A stretch of 64,000 nt of DNA from positions 7,798-71,797 of the forward strand of contig CAZHEI010000002.1 in NCBI GenBank assembly GCA_964531425.1, written 5' to 3'. The stretch is from an uncultured Vampirovibrio sp. GTDB taxonomy: Bacteria > Cyanobacteriota > Vampirovibrionia > Gastranaerophilales > Gastranaerophilaceae. Below are positions 1-9,002 of this stretch, piece by piece. A program made the position numbers and the translations under genes. Numbering within the stretch: position 1 is the stretch's first letter; the number at the start of each line of letters is the position of its first letter. The notes under the pieces are model-generated. The model worked only from the letters and a program-made list of their open reading frames with translations. It ran no database searches and was not told the origin of the DNA.

Positions 1-326
1 TGTGATAAAAATTTAACCAGTTCCGTTGATTTCGGTTTATTAACTAAATCTCCTGTAAACATAACAAAATCATACGGACCGGATGTATTGATTTGAAAAA
101 CAACATCATCAAGCAATTCCGGTGATTTTTTCAAAAATTTGTATGAAGTATTTTCTTCAAATGAAGAATAATGTGCATCACTAACCTGTGCAATACGCAA
201 ATTATTATTAGCAGCTGTGCACATCTGAGAACTTATCGCAACTGCAACAAGCACTGTTAAAACTAAATTAATAAATTTTTGAAAAAAAGTTTCTCTCTTT
301 TCTTTTTTATAAGATTTTTTACCCAT
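1..326 (-). CDS. Calcineurin-like metallophosphoesterase with N-terminal signal/TM; C-terminus runs off the window
   Basis: Manual translation from ATG at 326: MGKKSYKKEKRETFFQKFINLVLTVLVAVAISSQMCTAANNNLRIAQVSDAH...FVMFTGDLVN (DxH and GDxxN motifs). Confidence 0.85.
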   Translation of the reverse strand, partial: MGKKSYKKEKRETFFQKFINLVLTVLVAVAISSQMCTAANNNLRIAQVSDAHYSSFEENTSYKFLKKSPELLDDVVFQINTSGPYDFVMFTGDLVNKPKSTELVKFLS

Positions 327-445
327 AATAATTATTTATATAATAAAACATTTTCAAAAAAAAATCCAGAACTTAACACGATAAAAAACATATAGCAAAT
401 TTTATTTTTACCATTTTTAATCTAAAAAAACGGAGATTAACAAAA

Positions 446-1039
446 ATGTTAAATAATATCAACCAGACCAGTTTTAAAGCAAAATTTATAACACCTGCTA
501 CGATTAAAGAACTTCATTATAGGAAAGAATCTCAGGACAAAGTAGTATCACTCATTGAACTAAAAGCAAAATCTTTTAAAGATAGGCAGGCTTTATCAAA
601 TGTCGATTCACTGTGGGGAAAAGGAGAAACATTTGCATGTAATATTGCACATGATGCTAATGAGGATAATTTTATAGGAGGAAATAGTCAATATTTTGCT
701 CTCACAACTCAACGCAGACAATTTGAAGAACCCGTTTCTGATAAAATATTAGGAATTGCTGAAGTTTTAAGAGAAAAAGATGACCTTATTCAACTTAAGT
801 ACCTTCAAACCGACCCTGAACACACACATTTTTCATACTATAAAATTTATTCAGGAATAGGAACATCTATATTAAATGCTATAAAGGCTTTATTTCCGGA
901 AGACAGTATTATTCTTAATACAGTCGACTCAGCCAGAGGTTTCTATAAGGACAATGGATTTGTAGAACTTGATAAACTCAGCAATGTTCTAATGTTCAAA
1001 CGTACAAAATCAGCAAGCTGGCCTAAATTAGAAGAGTAG
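446..1039 (+). CDS. GNAT-family acetyltransferase with N-terminal extension
   Basis: C-terminal YSGIGTSIL and ARGFYKDNGF acetyl-CoA motifs; GGAGA RBS; N-terminus MLNNINQTSFKA. Confidence 0.7.
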   Translation: MLNNINQTSFKAKFITPATIKELHYRKESQDKVVSLIELKAKSFKDRQALSNVDSLWGKGETFACNIAHDANEDNFIGGNSQYFALTTQRRQFEEPVSDKILGIAEVLREKDDLIQLKYLQTDPEHTHFSYYKIYSGIGTSILNAIKALFPEDSIILNTVDSARGFYKDNGFVELDKLSNVLMFKRTKSASWPKLEE

Positions 1040-1048
1040 GGCAAGATA

Positions 1049-1078
1049 TTGACTTGATAATATGAATTACATTACAAT
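1049..1078 (+). promoter_or_regulatory. Sigma70-type promoter for 1107..1628
   Basis: TTGACT-N18-TACAAT. Confidence 0.5.
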
Positions 1079-1106
1079 GGAGCAATAAATTATAGGGAGT
1101 ATCTCA

Positions 1107-1628
1107 ATGAATGTATCGTTAAAAACTTTTAGACCTGTTGCTTTAGCCGGATTGTTAAGCTTGTGTGCCTGTAGTGATGTTACCCAAAGAGCTAATGACT
1201 ATATGCAAGATAAACCTTATTCAGAATTCGTAGAGCTTACGAAACCAAGTAACACGACACTTATACAGTCAAGACTTGATTCATTGGCTTATAGAGATAT
1301 TTTTAACGGTACAAAGCTTGCGAATGATTCTGCTTCTGTTGCAGAATTTAATAAAATTGCAGCCAGTTGCCGAGGATATAAGAATGAAGATGATTGTTCT
1401 CAAAGAATAATAGCAATAACAAAGGGGCTAACAGCTCAAGGGGTATTAACAAAAGATTTTACTAAAATAATAGATATTTGCAACTCTTTTGATGGTTTGG
1501 TAAAAGCTAATAAATTTCAACACTATGCTGATTATTATGCTTATAGAAATTTCTTTGCGAAAAAAGGAATTATGACTGATGAGCTCTCAAAGCAATGTGA
1601 TGAGGTCTCAGAAAAAATCAGTCCTTAG
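1107..1628 (+). CDS. Hypothetical lipoprotein
   Basis: Hydrophobic signal with lipobox-like LLSLCAC; GGGAG RBS. Confidence 0.65.
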   Translation: MNVSLKTFRPVALAGLLSLCACSDVTQRANDYMQDKPYSEFVELTKPSNTTLIQSRLDSLAYRDIFNGTKLANDSASVAEFNKIAASCRGYKNEDDCSQRIIAITKGLTAQGVLTKDFTKIIDICNSFDGLVKANKFQHYADYYAYRNFFAKKGIMTDELSKQCDEVSEKISP

Positions 1629-1690
1629 TGAGTAGGTTGCAACAACTCTTTTTAAAATTAAAAATTGAAAGTGGAAAATGGAAAATCGTT

Positions 1691-1764
1691 ACAACCCCAC
1701 CCCTTGAGGGCGGGGAAGAATTTGCCAAAAATTTATTTTTGAGCAAATTCAGGGGCGGGGTTGT
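1691..1764. repeat. REP-like palindrome
   Basis: ACAACCCCACCCCT...GAATTTGC-CAAAAAT/ATTTTTG-GCAAATTC-AGGGGCGGGGTTGT nested inverted repeat. Confidence 0.7.
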
Positions 1765-2026
1765 TCGTAATGACAAACCTGTAAGTTGTACATACTTGCC
1801 CAACAACATTGCTTAAAATGGAGAGTTAAAGGTGAAAATAAGTTGAATAGTTGAAAAGATGAATGGTTGAAAGGTCTATTACAGAGTTTTCAAGATTAAA
1901 AGGCTGGATTTCCAAGCCTTCGGCTTGAAAATGACAACAAGCGAAATTTCCCGACTCACGACTCATGATTCACGAAAAAAACATAACCACTTGGTCACTT
2001 GGTCACCTAGTCACTAAATTTTGCCC

Positions 2027-2062
2027 CCTCACACTAGCCCTCTCCCCCAGGGCGAGGGAAAG
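2027..2062 (+). repeat. REP-like element (CCTCAC...CCCTCTCC...GAGGG family)
   Basis: Similar to the copy at 62348-62382. Confidence 0.65.
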
Positions 2063-2157
2063 TTGCTTGTAACAACTTTATCACTTAGTCACCTTTTTCG
2101 ACTCACGATTCAATATACGAATAAACTTTTGTCGGCTATTCAGGATGATGTTAAAAT

Positions 2158-2193
2158 AAAAAAGACCTATAACCCAGTAGTTACAAGTCTTTT
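2158..2193 (-). terminator. Intrinsic terminator downstream of tRNA-Lys(CTT)
   Basis: Imperfect hairpin AAAAGAC-CTATAAC/GTTACA-AGTCTTTT with T-tract on the minus strand. Confidence 0.6.
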
Positions 2194-2198
2194 CTATA

Positions 2199-2271
2199 TG
2201 GGTGTGGTGGGACTCGAACCCACGACCAAAAGATTAAGAGTCTTCTGCGCTACCAACTGCGCCACGCACCC
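2199..2271 (-). tRNA. tRNA-Lys (anticodon CTT), CCA not encoded
   Basis: GGGTGCG TG GCGC AGTTGGTA GCGC A GAAGA CTCTTAA TCTTT TGGTC GTGGG TTCGAGT CCCAC CACACCC A cloverleaf; C6:A67 mismatch. Confidence 0.95.
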
Positions 2272-2293
2272 GAAAGTATTCAATTTTTAGTTT

Positions 2294-2396
2294 GGATGTT
2301 TTGCAGTTTGGTAGCGGGAACACTTTCGTGTTCGCTTCCTCTCCTCGGACGATACTTAATCGTCCTCGTCGGCAGAGTCAACTGCGCCACGCACCC
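2294..2396 (-). ncRNA. Putative structured RNA in the tRNA-Lys leader (kink-turn + GAAA hairpin, starts with an 18-nt copy of the tRNA 5' end)
   Basis: Helices GGACGAT/ATCGTCC, AACAC-GAAA-GTGTT and GCAGTT/AACTGC read from the sequence. Confidence 0.55.
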
Positions 2397-2549
2397 GTAT
2401 TTAGGATTTGGAGTTCAACATACTTCTTTATTTACCCCCGCACCCGTATGTTTAATTTTCAACAAAACAATATTACCACAAATATATTCTTAAATTCAAG
2501 TAAAACTTATAAATTTACCTTGCTATATTTACCCCTGCTGTATTTACGC

Positions 2550-2891
2550 CTACCATCTTTTAAAAATGAAAAATACCGCAAGTATTATAAACGCAAAACC
2601 TACCAGATAATTCCATTGGAAATCTTCTTTTAAATAAAGTACAGAAAAAATACTGAATACAACAAGAGTTATAACTTCTTGCATAGTTTTCAATTGTGCA
2701 GCTGAAAAATATTCATGCCCAATTCTATTTGCCGGAACCTGAAAACAATATTCAAGTAGTGCAATCCCCCAACTAACAAGTATTACAATCCAAAGAGCTG
2801 TTCCTTTGTATTTTAAATGTCCATACCAAGCAAATGTCATAAATATATTTGAAATGGTCAATAATAACACTGGTAGCAGTTGTCTTAGCAT
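2550..2891 (-). CDS. Small DMT-superfamily membrane protein (DUF486/DMT_6)
   Basis: SNIFMTFAWYGHLK and EYCFQVPANRIG signature. Confidence 0.9.
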   Translation of the reverse strand: MLRQLLPVLLLTISNIFMTFAWYGHLKYKGTALWIVILVSWGIALLEYCFQVPANRIGHEYFSAAQLKTMQEVITLVVFSIFSVLYLKEDFQWNYLVGFAFIILAVFFIFKRW

Positions 2892-3791
2892 CTAAAATCT
2901 TTGCTCCACTTTTGTATTGGCTATGATAAAAGCTGAAATCATAAGTACACAACCAATAATTTCTCTTGCATTCATTACTTCTCCAAGGATTAAAGCACCG
3001 CCAATAACAGCAAATACAGATTCCAGACACAAAATCAGTGATGCAAGGACTGGAAACGTATGTTTTTGCCCATACATTTGCAAAGTATAAGCTACACCAC
3101 AAGCTAAAAAACCTGAATACAAAAGCGGAACTTTACATTCAATCAAATTTGTAAATGATGGATGTTCAAGCAAAAACATTGGTATTAAGGATAAAATACC
3201 AGCTACTAAAAACTGCACACATGAAGCTTTTATCGGATGGACTTTTGAAAATTTATCAACAACTAAGATATGTACACCATAAAACAGTGCCCCAATTAAG
3301 AGCCAGAAATCATATATCGAATACCCGCCATCCGGATGAAAGCATAATAAATACAATCCAATAACAGATAAAAATACACTAAATATAACTCTTTTGGCTA
3401 TTTTTGAGCCCATAAATAGAGAAAAAATCGGTACAAAAATAATATATAACGCTGTTATAAATCCTGCTTTACCGGCTCCAACAAATTGCATACAATACTG
3501 CTGGATTGACATTGCAAAAAACAATGCAACCCCACAAGATATACCGGCTTTTGCAAGCCCAACCCGTTGAACATACTTTCTTTTATCGGTTCTTGTATCA
3601 GGTTTAGAGTATTTTACCCAAAGTATCAATGGAACTAAGCTTAAAGCACCTAAAAAATTTCTAACAGCATTAAAAGTAAATGGACCTATAAACTCCATTC
3701 CGGCTCTTTGAGCAACAAATCCAAGCCCCCAAATAAGAGCGGTTAAAAATAATGCAATATTTCCAGCTAATCTATTTTTCATAAGAAACAT
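2892..3791 (-). CDS. EamA/DMT family transporter
   Basis: About 10 TM segments; ALIWGLGFVAQ and ILCLESVFA motifs. Confidence 0.9.
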   Translation of the reverse strand: MFLMKNRLAGNIALFLTALIWGLGFVAQRAGMEFIGPFTFNAVRNFLGALSLVPLILWVKYSKPDTRTDKRKYVQRVGLAKAGISCGVALFFAMSIQQYCMQFVGAGKAGFITALYIIFVPIFSLFMGSKIAKRVIFSVFLSVIGLYLLCFHPDGGYSIYDFWLLIGALFYGVHILVVDKFSKVHPIKASCVQFLVAGILSLIPMFLLEHPSFTNLIECKVPLLYSGFLACGVAYTLQMYGQKHTFPVLASLILCLESVFAVIGGALILGEVMNAREIIGCVLMISAFIIANTKVEQRF

Positions 3792-3812
3792 TATACACTA
3801 AAAACTTTTCAT

Positions 3813-4844
3813 TTAGTATTCTAGTGCAATTTTCAAAGAAAACTCTGGTTTTTCTTCAAAAAACTTATAAGCATTTTCAATATCTTTAAAGTTAAAAGTT
3901 TGAGTTATTAAAAAATCAGTGTTAATTTTTCCTTCTGAAATGTATTTTAATAATTTTTCAGAATGCCTAGCATCAACACCACCAGTTTTAAATATTAAAT
4001 TTTTCCCATACATATCAGGTAGTGGCAAGCTTTGGGCGTTTTCATACATACCAACAAGAGCAACAATTGCATTAGCTCTGGCAATTTTCCATGCCATTTC
4101 AAAAGTATTTTTACCACCAGCTGCTTCTACTACACAATCAGCTCCTCGCCCCTCTGTTACGTGCTTAATATTCTCTTCAATACAACCTTCGTTTGGATTA
4201 AACAGAATGTCAGCAAGTCCTTGGCTCTTAGCGACCTCAAGTCTTTTATTATCAATATCAATAGCTATAATTTTATTTGCATTCATAACTCTTGCGCTTG
4301 CCATAGTACATAGTCCAACTGGACCAGAACCTATAATTGCAACTGTATCACAAGGTTTTATTTCACAAAGTTCAGCCCCAAAATATCCACTTGCAAGAAC
4401 ATCACCAACAAACAGAGCATTTTTATAACTAACATTTTCAGGCAACTTATTCAATCCCATATCCGCAAATGGCACTCTCACATATTCTGCCTGTGCCCCA
4501 TCAATTTTACAACCGAGCTCCCAGCCTCCATGAACGCAGTTATTTATAAACCCTCTCTTGCAGAAAAAACATTCTCTGCAAAAAGTTTCCACATTCGCAC
4601 TTACTTTATCTCCAATTTTCAAGTTTTTAATATCAGAGCCTAATTCTACTATTTCTCCAACAAATTCGTGTCCAAGAGTAACACCTTGTTTTGCAAGAGG
4701 AACAAAGCCATGCTTTATGTGTAAATCACTTGTACAAATACTTGATAATGTGACTTTTACAATAGCATCCCTAGACTCAAGAATTTGAGGATGTGGCTTT
4801 TCAACCAATTCTATAGTTTTATTTTTCCAGATAAGCGATTTCAT
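3813..4844 (-). CDS. Zinc-dependent (MDR) alcohol dehydrogenase
   Basis: ICTSDLH, GHEFVG, CxxCxxC and GSGPVG; start MKSLIW chosen (ORF extends to 4880). Confidence 0.9.
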   Translation of the reverse strand: MKSLIWKNKTIELVEKPHPQILESRDAIVKVTLSSICTSDLHIKHGFVPLAKQGVTLGHEFVGEIVELGSDIKNLKIGDKVSANVETFCRECFFCKRGFINNCVHGGWELGCKIDGAQAEYVRVPFADMGLNKLPENVSYKNALFVGDVLASGYFGAELCEIKPCDTVAIIGSGPVGLCTMASARVMNANKIIAIDIDNKRLEVAKSQGLADILFNPNEGCIEENIKHVTEGRGADCVVEAAGGKNTFEMAWKIARANAIVALVGMYENAQSLPLPDMYGKNLIFKTGGVDARHSEKLLKYISEGKINTDFLITQTFNFKDIENAYKFFEEKPEFSLKIALEY

Positions 4845-4925
4845 GTTTATTATTATCTCAAAGTGAACAAATTTTTGCAAATTTCGTTATAATAAAGAAT
4901 AGTATATTTAAATTTGGAGGTAGTA

Positions 4926-5669
4926 ATGAAAAAAATATTAGTTAGTGTAGCTGTTTTAGGTTTATTTGCAAGTTTTACGACTCTTTCCACCTCGGCTGTT
5001 ACAGTTAATAATGAGCGAGGAACAATTTCTGTAAGTGCTTCTGCTAATACTGAAGTTGCACCTGACGTCGCAGAAATTTCATTTGCGGTTAAAACAACTG
5101 ATTCAAAATCTATGCAAAAAGCTACAGCGCTTAATAAAGAAATTTCAGACAAAGTTTATTCAGAACTAAAATCTATGATAAATTCTTCAAATGGTGATTA
5201 TATAAAAACATCAGATTTTAGTGCAAATCCTGTTTATACATATTCAAACTCAAAGAAAAATTTTGAGAAATATGAAGTTTCAAATAGAGTAATTGTACAT
5301 ACAAAATCTATTGATAAAGTAGGACAAATGATTGATAATGCAATATCAGCGGGGGCTACAAATGTTGATAATTTAACTTTTTCTGTATCAAACTATGAAG
5401 CGCAATGTAATGATTTGATAACAATTGCAACTAAAAAAACTAAAACTAGAGCTGATGTTGTTGCACAAGCACTTAATACAACAGTTTCAGGATTAAATAA
5501 TATAAGCACAAGTTGTAGTACAAAAAACTTTAATCAACCGAAATTTTATATGGCAAAAAACATGATAGCAGATGTTGCTTCAGAAACTTCTTATGCCGGA
5601 GGTACTACAATTTCAAATGGAGTTGTTAAAATAGAAGCCAATGTTAATGCAAACTTTTTCGTAAAATAG
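4926..5669 (+). CDS. SIMPL-domain (DUF541) secreted protein
   Basis: Signal peptide; ISVSASANTEVAPDVAEISF and IDNAISAGATNV; GGAGG RBS. Confidence 0.85.
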   Translation: MKKILVSVAVLGLFASFTTLSTSAVTVNNERGTISVSASANTEVAPDVAEISFAVKTTDSKSMQKATALNKEISDKVYSELKSMINSSNGDYIKTSDFSANPVYTYSNSKKNFEKYEVSNRVIVHTKSIDKVGQMIDNAISAGATNVDNLTFSVSNYEAQCNDLITIATKKTKTRADVVAQALNTTVSGLNNISTSCSTKNFNQPKFYMAKNMIADVASETSYAGGTTISNGVVKIEANVNANFFVK

Positions 5670-5683
5670 AATCCTCTCAATAG

Positions 5684-5701
5684 GTTACAAAAATTTACAA
5701 A
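5684..5701 (+). promoter_or_regulatory. HLR1-like direct repeat (candidate OmpR/RpaB-type site)
   Basis: GTTACAAA-AA-TTTACAAA, exact fit to (G/T)TTACA(T/A)(T/A)-N2-(G/T)TTACA(T/A)(T/A). Confidence 0.55.
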
Positions 5702-5772
5702 AATTATGCTTAAAAAAATGATTTGTATTTATTCTTTGTAATAGAATAATAATAGGATCTGGGAGGTTTATC

Positions 5773-6816
5773 ATGCCTAAAGTTATAACAATTGGTAGTG
5801 CAACAATGGATGTTTTTGTTGAATGTGATGAAGCTAATATTGTATCAGTTTGTTCTAAAGACAGAAATTCTGATTTTATGAGCTATCCTTATGGCTCAAA
5901 AATTGATATTTCAACATTTTCTTCTAATGTTGGAGGTGGCGGCGTCAATACAGCTTGTAATTTTGGAAATTTGGGCTTTGATACCGGTGCTATTTTCAAG
6001 ATAGGTAAAGATATTTATTCTGAAGGAATATTAGATTTTTTCAAAACGCAAAATGTTAATCTTGATAATATTATACAAAAAGAGGATACATCAACCGGTT
6101 TTTCTATTATTCTTGTAAGTTTTCAGGGGGATAGAACAGTTTTAGCCCATCGAGGAGCAAATGCTCATATTTTAGAATCTGATATAAATTTTGAAGCAAT
6201 AAAAAATGCGGATTTAATTTATATTGCCCCATTAAATGGAGATTCCAACAAGGTTCTTGAGCCAATTGTTGATTATGCAGAAAAACATGATACAAAAATA
6301 TGTTTTAATGCTGGAACGACGAGTATAAAAAGAGGGTTTGAACATTTAAAGAGAATTCTTGATTCTGCGCATGTTGTTGTCATGAATAAAGAAGAAGCTT
6401 CTATGACAACAGGCATAAACGTCAGACCGGATACAAAAACTGAAAAGTTTTCACATGAAATCATTCACAAAGATATAAAAAGGATGCTTCAATCTTTAAA
6501 AATAAAAGATTATCAAGTTGTTGTAATTACAGATGGAAATAAAGGTGCTTATGCTTACGAGGGGAAAAATTTCTACTATTGTCCAATATTTCCATCTGAT
6601 GTTATTTCAACTCTAGGAGCAGGAGATGCTTTTGCCTCTACTTTCTGTGCAACTTTATTTAGAAACAACAATGATATCGGATACGCTTTAATGTGTGGTT
6701 CTGTAAACTCAGCTTCTGTTGTTTCAAAATTTGGTGCGACAGAAGGTTTGCTCACATTTGATGAAATTGATGCTAAATTAGTGAATCATCCGGAATATAC
6801 TTATTTAATAGGTTAG
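5773..6816 (+). CDS. PfkB-family carbohydrate kinase
   Basis: GGGGVNTA and STLGAGDAF motifs. Confidence 0.9.
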   Translation: MPKVITIGSATMDVFVECDEANIVSVCSKDRNSDFMSYPYGSKIDISTFSSNVGGGGVNTACNFGNLGFDTGAIFKIGKDIYSEGILDFFKTQNVNLDNIIQKEDTSTGFSIILVSFQGDRTVLAHRGANAHILESDINFEAIKNADLIYIAPLNGDSNKVLEPIVDYAEKHDTKICFNAGTTSIKRGFEHLKRILDSAHVVVMNKEEASMTTGINVRPDTKTEKFSHEIIHKDIKRMLQSLKIKDYQVVVITDGNKGAYAYEGKNFYYCPIFPSDVISTLGAGDAFASTFCATLFRNNNDIGYALMCGSVNSASVVSKFGATEGLLTFDEIDAKLVNHPEYTYLIG

Positions 6817-6819
6817 ATT

Positions 6820-7443
6820 ATGTTTCAAGTTTTTTCTCCTAATATGTTAAAAACATTTGAACTTTGTCCAATGAAGTTCTATTTTAGGTACGTAAAAAAT
6901 ATTTCTATGCCAACTAATGATGAAATTTTTGAACTTGGTAAAAATATTCACGCATTGGCTTCATACTATTTAAGAAAAGAAAATATTCACAAAATGGAAT
7001 TATCTTTGAATAATAGAGAAAAAGCTATTTGGGAATATCTAAGAGAGCTTGTTTATTTTGGTTATGAAACGATAAACACTGAATATAATTTGTCGGTCAA
7101 AATTGGAGATGTGTTTTTTGGCGGGCGATTGGATGCGCTTGTTAAGAATGGAGAAACTTACTATATACTTGATTATAAAACAGGTTCTGCGCCAAAGAAT
7201 GCAAAATATGATTACCAAACAATGATTTACCTTCTTGCTGTAAGTGAATTTTTTAAAACAAATGATGTAACTTTTGTATATCTTGATTTAAAAAATAAAA
7301 CAGAAGTACCAATTAAGCTTACACCAGATTTAGCTACTGAATATAAGCATAAATTAATAGAAATTGCAAAAAAAATAAACGAAGAAGAGTTCACAAAAAA
7401 ATCAGAAGATTGCAATTGTGAATATAGTATTATCTGTTATTAA
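6820..7443 (+). CDS. PD-(D/E)XK nuclease, RecB/AddB/Cas4-like, probable Fe-S cluster
   Basis: GRLD...ILDYKTG; N-terminal CP and C-terminal CNC...C cysteines. Confidence 0.8.
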   Translation: MFQVFSPNMLKTFELCPMKFYFRYVKNISMPTNDEIFELGKNIHALASYYLRKENIHKMELSLNNREKAIWEYLRELVYFGYETINTEYNLSVKIGDVFFGGRLDALVKNGETYYILDYKTGSAPKNAKYDYQTMIYLLAVSEFFKTNDVTFVYLDLKNKTEVPIKLTPDLATEYKHKLIEIAKKINEEEFTKKSEDCNCEYSIICY

Positions 7444-7455
7444 TGGTTGTTATTT

Positions 7456-7872
7456 CTAATGAATTATTTGAACAGTAATATTTCTTGAACGAGGTTTGTT
7501 ATCAAAATCCAGAAGTACAATTTGTTGCCAAGTGCCAAGATTTAACAATCCTCCTACAAGTGCAATATTCACAGAACTTCCAACCAGCGCCGCTCTTACG
7601 TGTGCATAACCATTTCCATCATGCCAAATTTCATCGTGATGATATTCCATTCCGGTCGGAGCAATTCTTTCGAGCGCTTCTTTCAAATCCTTTATTAAAC
7701 CATCTTCATATTCAATAGTTGTTACAGCGGATGTGCTTCCTTGAATGGATACACAAACCATTGCATCTTTTAGTGCATGTTGATACACACAATTTTGAAC
7801 ATGTTTCGTAATATCAATAATATCATTATTTCCTTCTGTATTGATAGTAAATTTTTCATTAATTATTGCCAT
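7456..7872 (-). CDS. YjbQ/UPF0047 family protein
   Basis: HDGNGYAHVRA and LGTWQQIVLLDFD motifs. Confidence 0.9.
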   Translation of the reverse strand: MAIINEKFTINTEGNNDIIDITKHVQNCVYQHALKDAMVCVSIQGSTSAVTTIEYEDGLIKDLKEALERIAPTGMEYHHDEIWHDGNGYAHVRAALVGSSVNIALVGGLLNLGTWQQIVLLDFDNKPRSRNITVQIIH

Positions 7873-8482
7873 TAGATACCCCTTGTTCGTCCGCAACTAC
7901 GGTTTTGCATTCCGAACTCTTTTTCTTAACCCCTTTATAAACGATAACACAAAATATAATTATTACGACTGTTACAGCTAAAATAATAGACTCTAAATTC
8001 TTTTTAACAGCTTCACCAAAAAACATCAAAACTAAGCTTACAAGAAAAAATCGTGAACCTCTACCTAACAAACTTACAGAGCAGAATTTCCAGAAATTCA
8101 TTTTTAAAATACCACTACCAATAGTGAATATTTTGTATGGAACCGGTGTAAATGCTGAGAAAAAAACCGCAAAAGAGCCATATTCTTCATACATTTTCTC
8201 AACTTGTTCTAATTTGTCTACATGCTTTTTGAATAAAAATTTGAAAGCAGGTCTTCCGCCCCAATAACCTATTGCATAGCCAATTGCTCCACCAACAGCT
8301 GATGCTAAAGTACAAACAAAAGCATAATATAAAGCTTTTTCAGGTTTAGCTAAGTCCATTGCAATAAGTAAAAAATCCGGAGGCGGAATTAAAAAGAAAC
8401 TCTCAACACAAGAGTTGATGGACAATCCTAAAACTCCCATTGCTTGAAACCAATTATTCATACTTACAAATATATCGTGCAT
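7859..8482 (-). CDS. YqaA/DedA-family membrane protein
   Basis: ESFFLIPPPD, FTPVPYKIF and GRGSRF motifs. Confidence 0.88.
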   Translation of the reverse strand: MHDIFVSMNNWFQAMGVLGLSINSCVESFFLIPPPDFLLIAMDLAKPEKALYYAFVCTLASAVGGAIGYAIGYWGGRPAFKFLFKKHVDKLEQVEKMYEEYGSFAVFFSAFTPVPYKIFTIGSGILKMNFWKFCSVSLLGRGSRFFLVSLVLMFFGEAVKKNLESIILAVTVVIIIFCVIVYKGVKKKSSECKTVVADEQGVSNGNN

Positions 8483-8727
8483 TATTCCATTATCCTATAT
8501 AAATTACCTGATTCTTGTATACTAACATTTCCTGTTGGAATTACTAAAACTTCAACCTTTTCGACTCTATTAGAATATTCAATTTCAATAACATCTCCAA
8601 CTTTTAGTTGTTTTGCCGGCTTAGCAGAAACTCCGTTTACTAAAACTCTACCCATATCTGAAACTGTATTTGCTACAGTTCTGCGTTTTATTAATCTTGA
8701 TACTTTTAAAAATTTATCTAATCTCAT
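8482..8727 (-). CDS. Stand-alone S4 RNA-binding protein (YabO/RqcP-Hsp15-like)
   Basis: MRLDKFLKVSRLIKRRTVA...KVGDVIEI. Confidence 0.9.
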   Translation of the reverse strand: MRLDKFLKVSRLIKRRTVANTVSDMGRVLVNGVSAKPAKQLKVGDVIEIEYSNRVEKVEVLVIPTGNVSIQESGNLYRIME

Positions 8728-8728
8728 T

Positions 8729-8950
8729 TTTTACAACCTTTGGGCGGAACACATTTCTTTTAACTACAAGCTTAAATTGTTACTCCTAAGTGTTCCTTTT
8801 GAACAAATTCCTTTCCTATATTCTAATCATTTTACAACCTTTGGGCGGAACACATTTCGTTTAACTACAAGCTTAAATTGTTACCACTAAGTGTTCCTTT
8901 TGAAGAAATTTCTTTCCTATATTCTAACCATTTTACGACCTTCTGGCGGG
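8729..8950. repeat. 101-bp tandem repeat (2 near-identical units + partial third)
   Basis: TTTTAC(A/G)ACC unit starts at 8729, 8830 and 8931. Confidence 0.95.
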
Positions 8951-9002
8951 ACTCATTCCGCATTGCATATATTAACCTATTATCTTAGCTACTTCACGAA
9001 AA

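Larger units (their letters stand above)
1650..2112. repeat. Mosaic intergenic repeat region (7/8-mer tandem repeats with nested palindromes)
   Basis: GACTCAC/GACTCAT/GATTCAC and CTTGGTCA tandem units; segments shared with 54735-54897 (reverse complement). Confidence 0.75.

Noticed and set aside
446-2199. Integrative island at the tRNA-Lys(CTT) 3' end
   Set aside because: No duplicated tRNA 3' end (att site) and no integrase; the duplications present are of the 5' end.
2335-2378. Hammerhead ribozyme
   Set aside because: CCGACGA...CGAGG resembles the core but lacks CUGA and GAAA at the required positions; a k-turn fits better.
1618-2633. Short ORFs 1618..1809, 1628..1816, 2021..2290, 2292..2633 and 2296..2493
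   Set aside because: They run through repeats or antisense to the tRNA, with no RBS or protein-like features.
8729-8950. CRISPR array
   Set aside because: Whole 101-bp units are near-identical, with no unique spacers and no cas operon.
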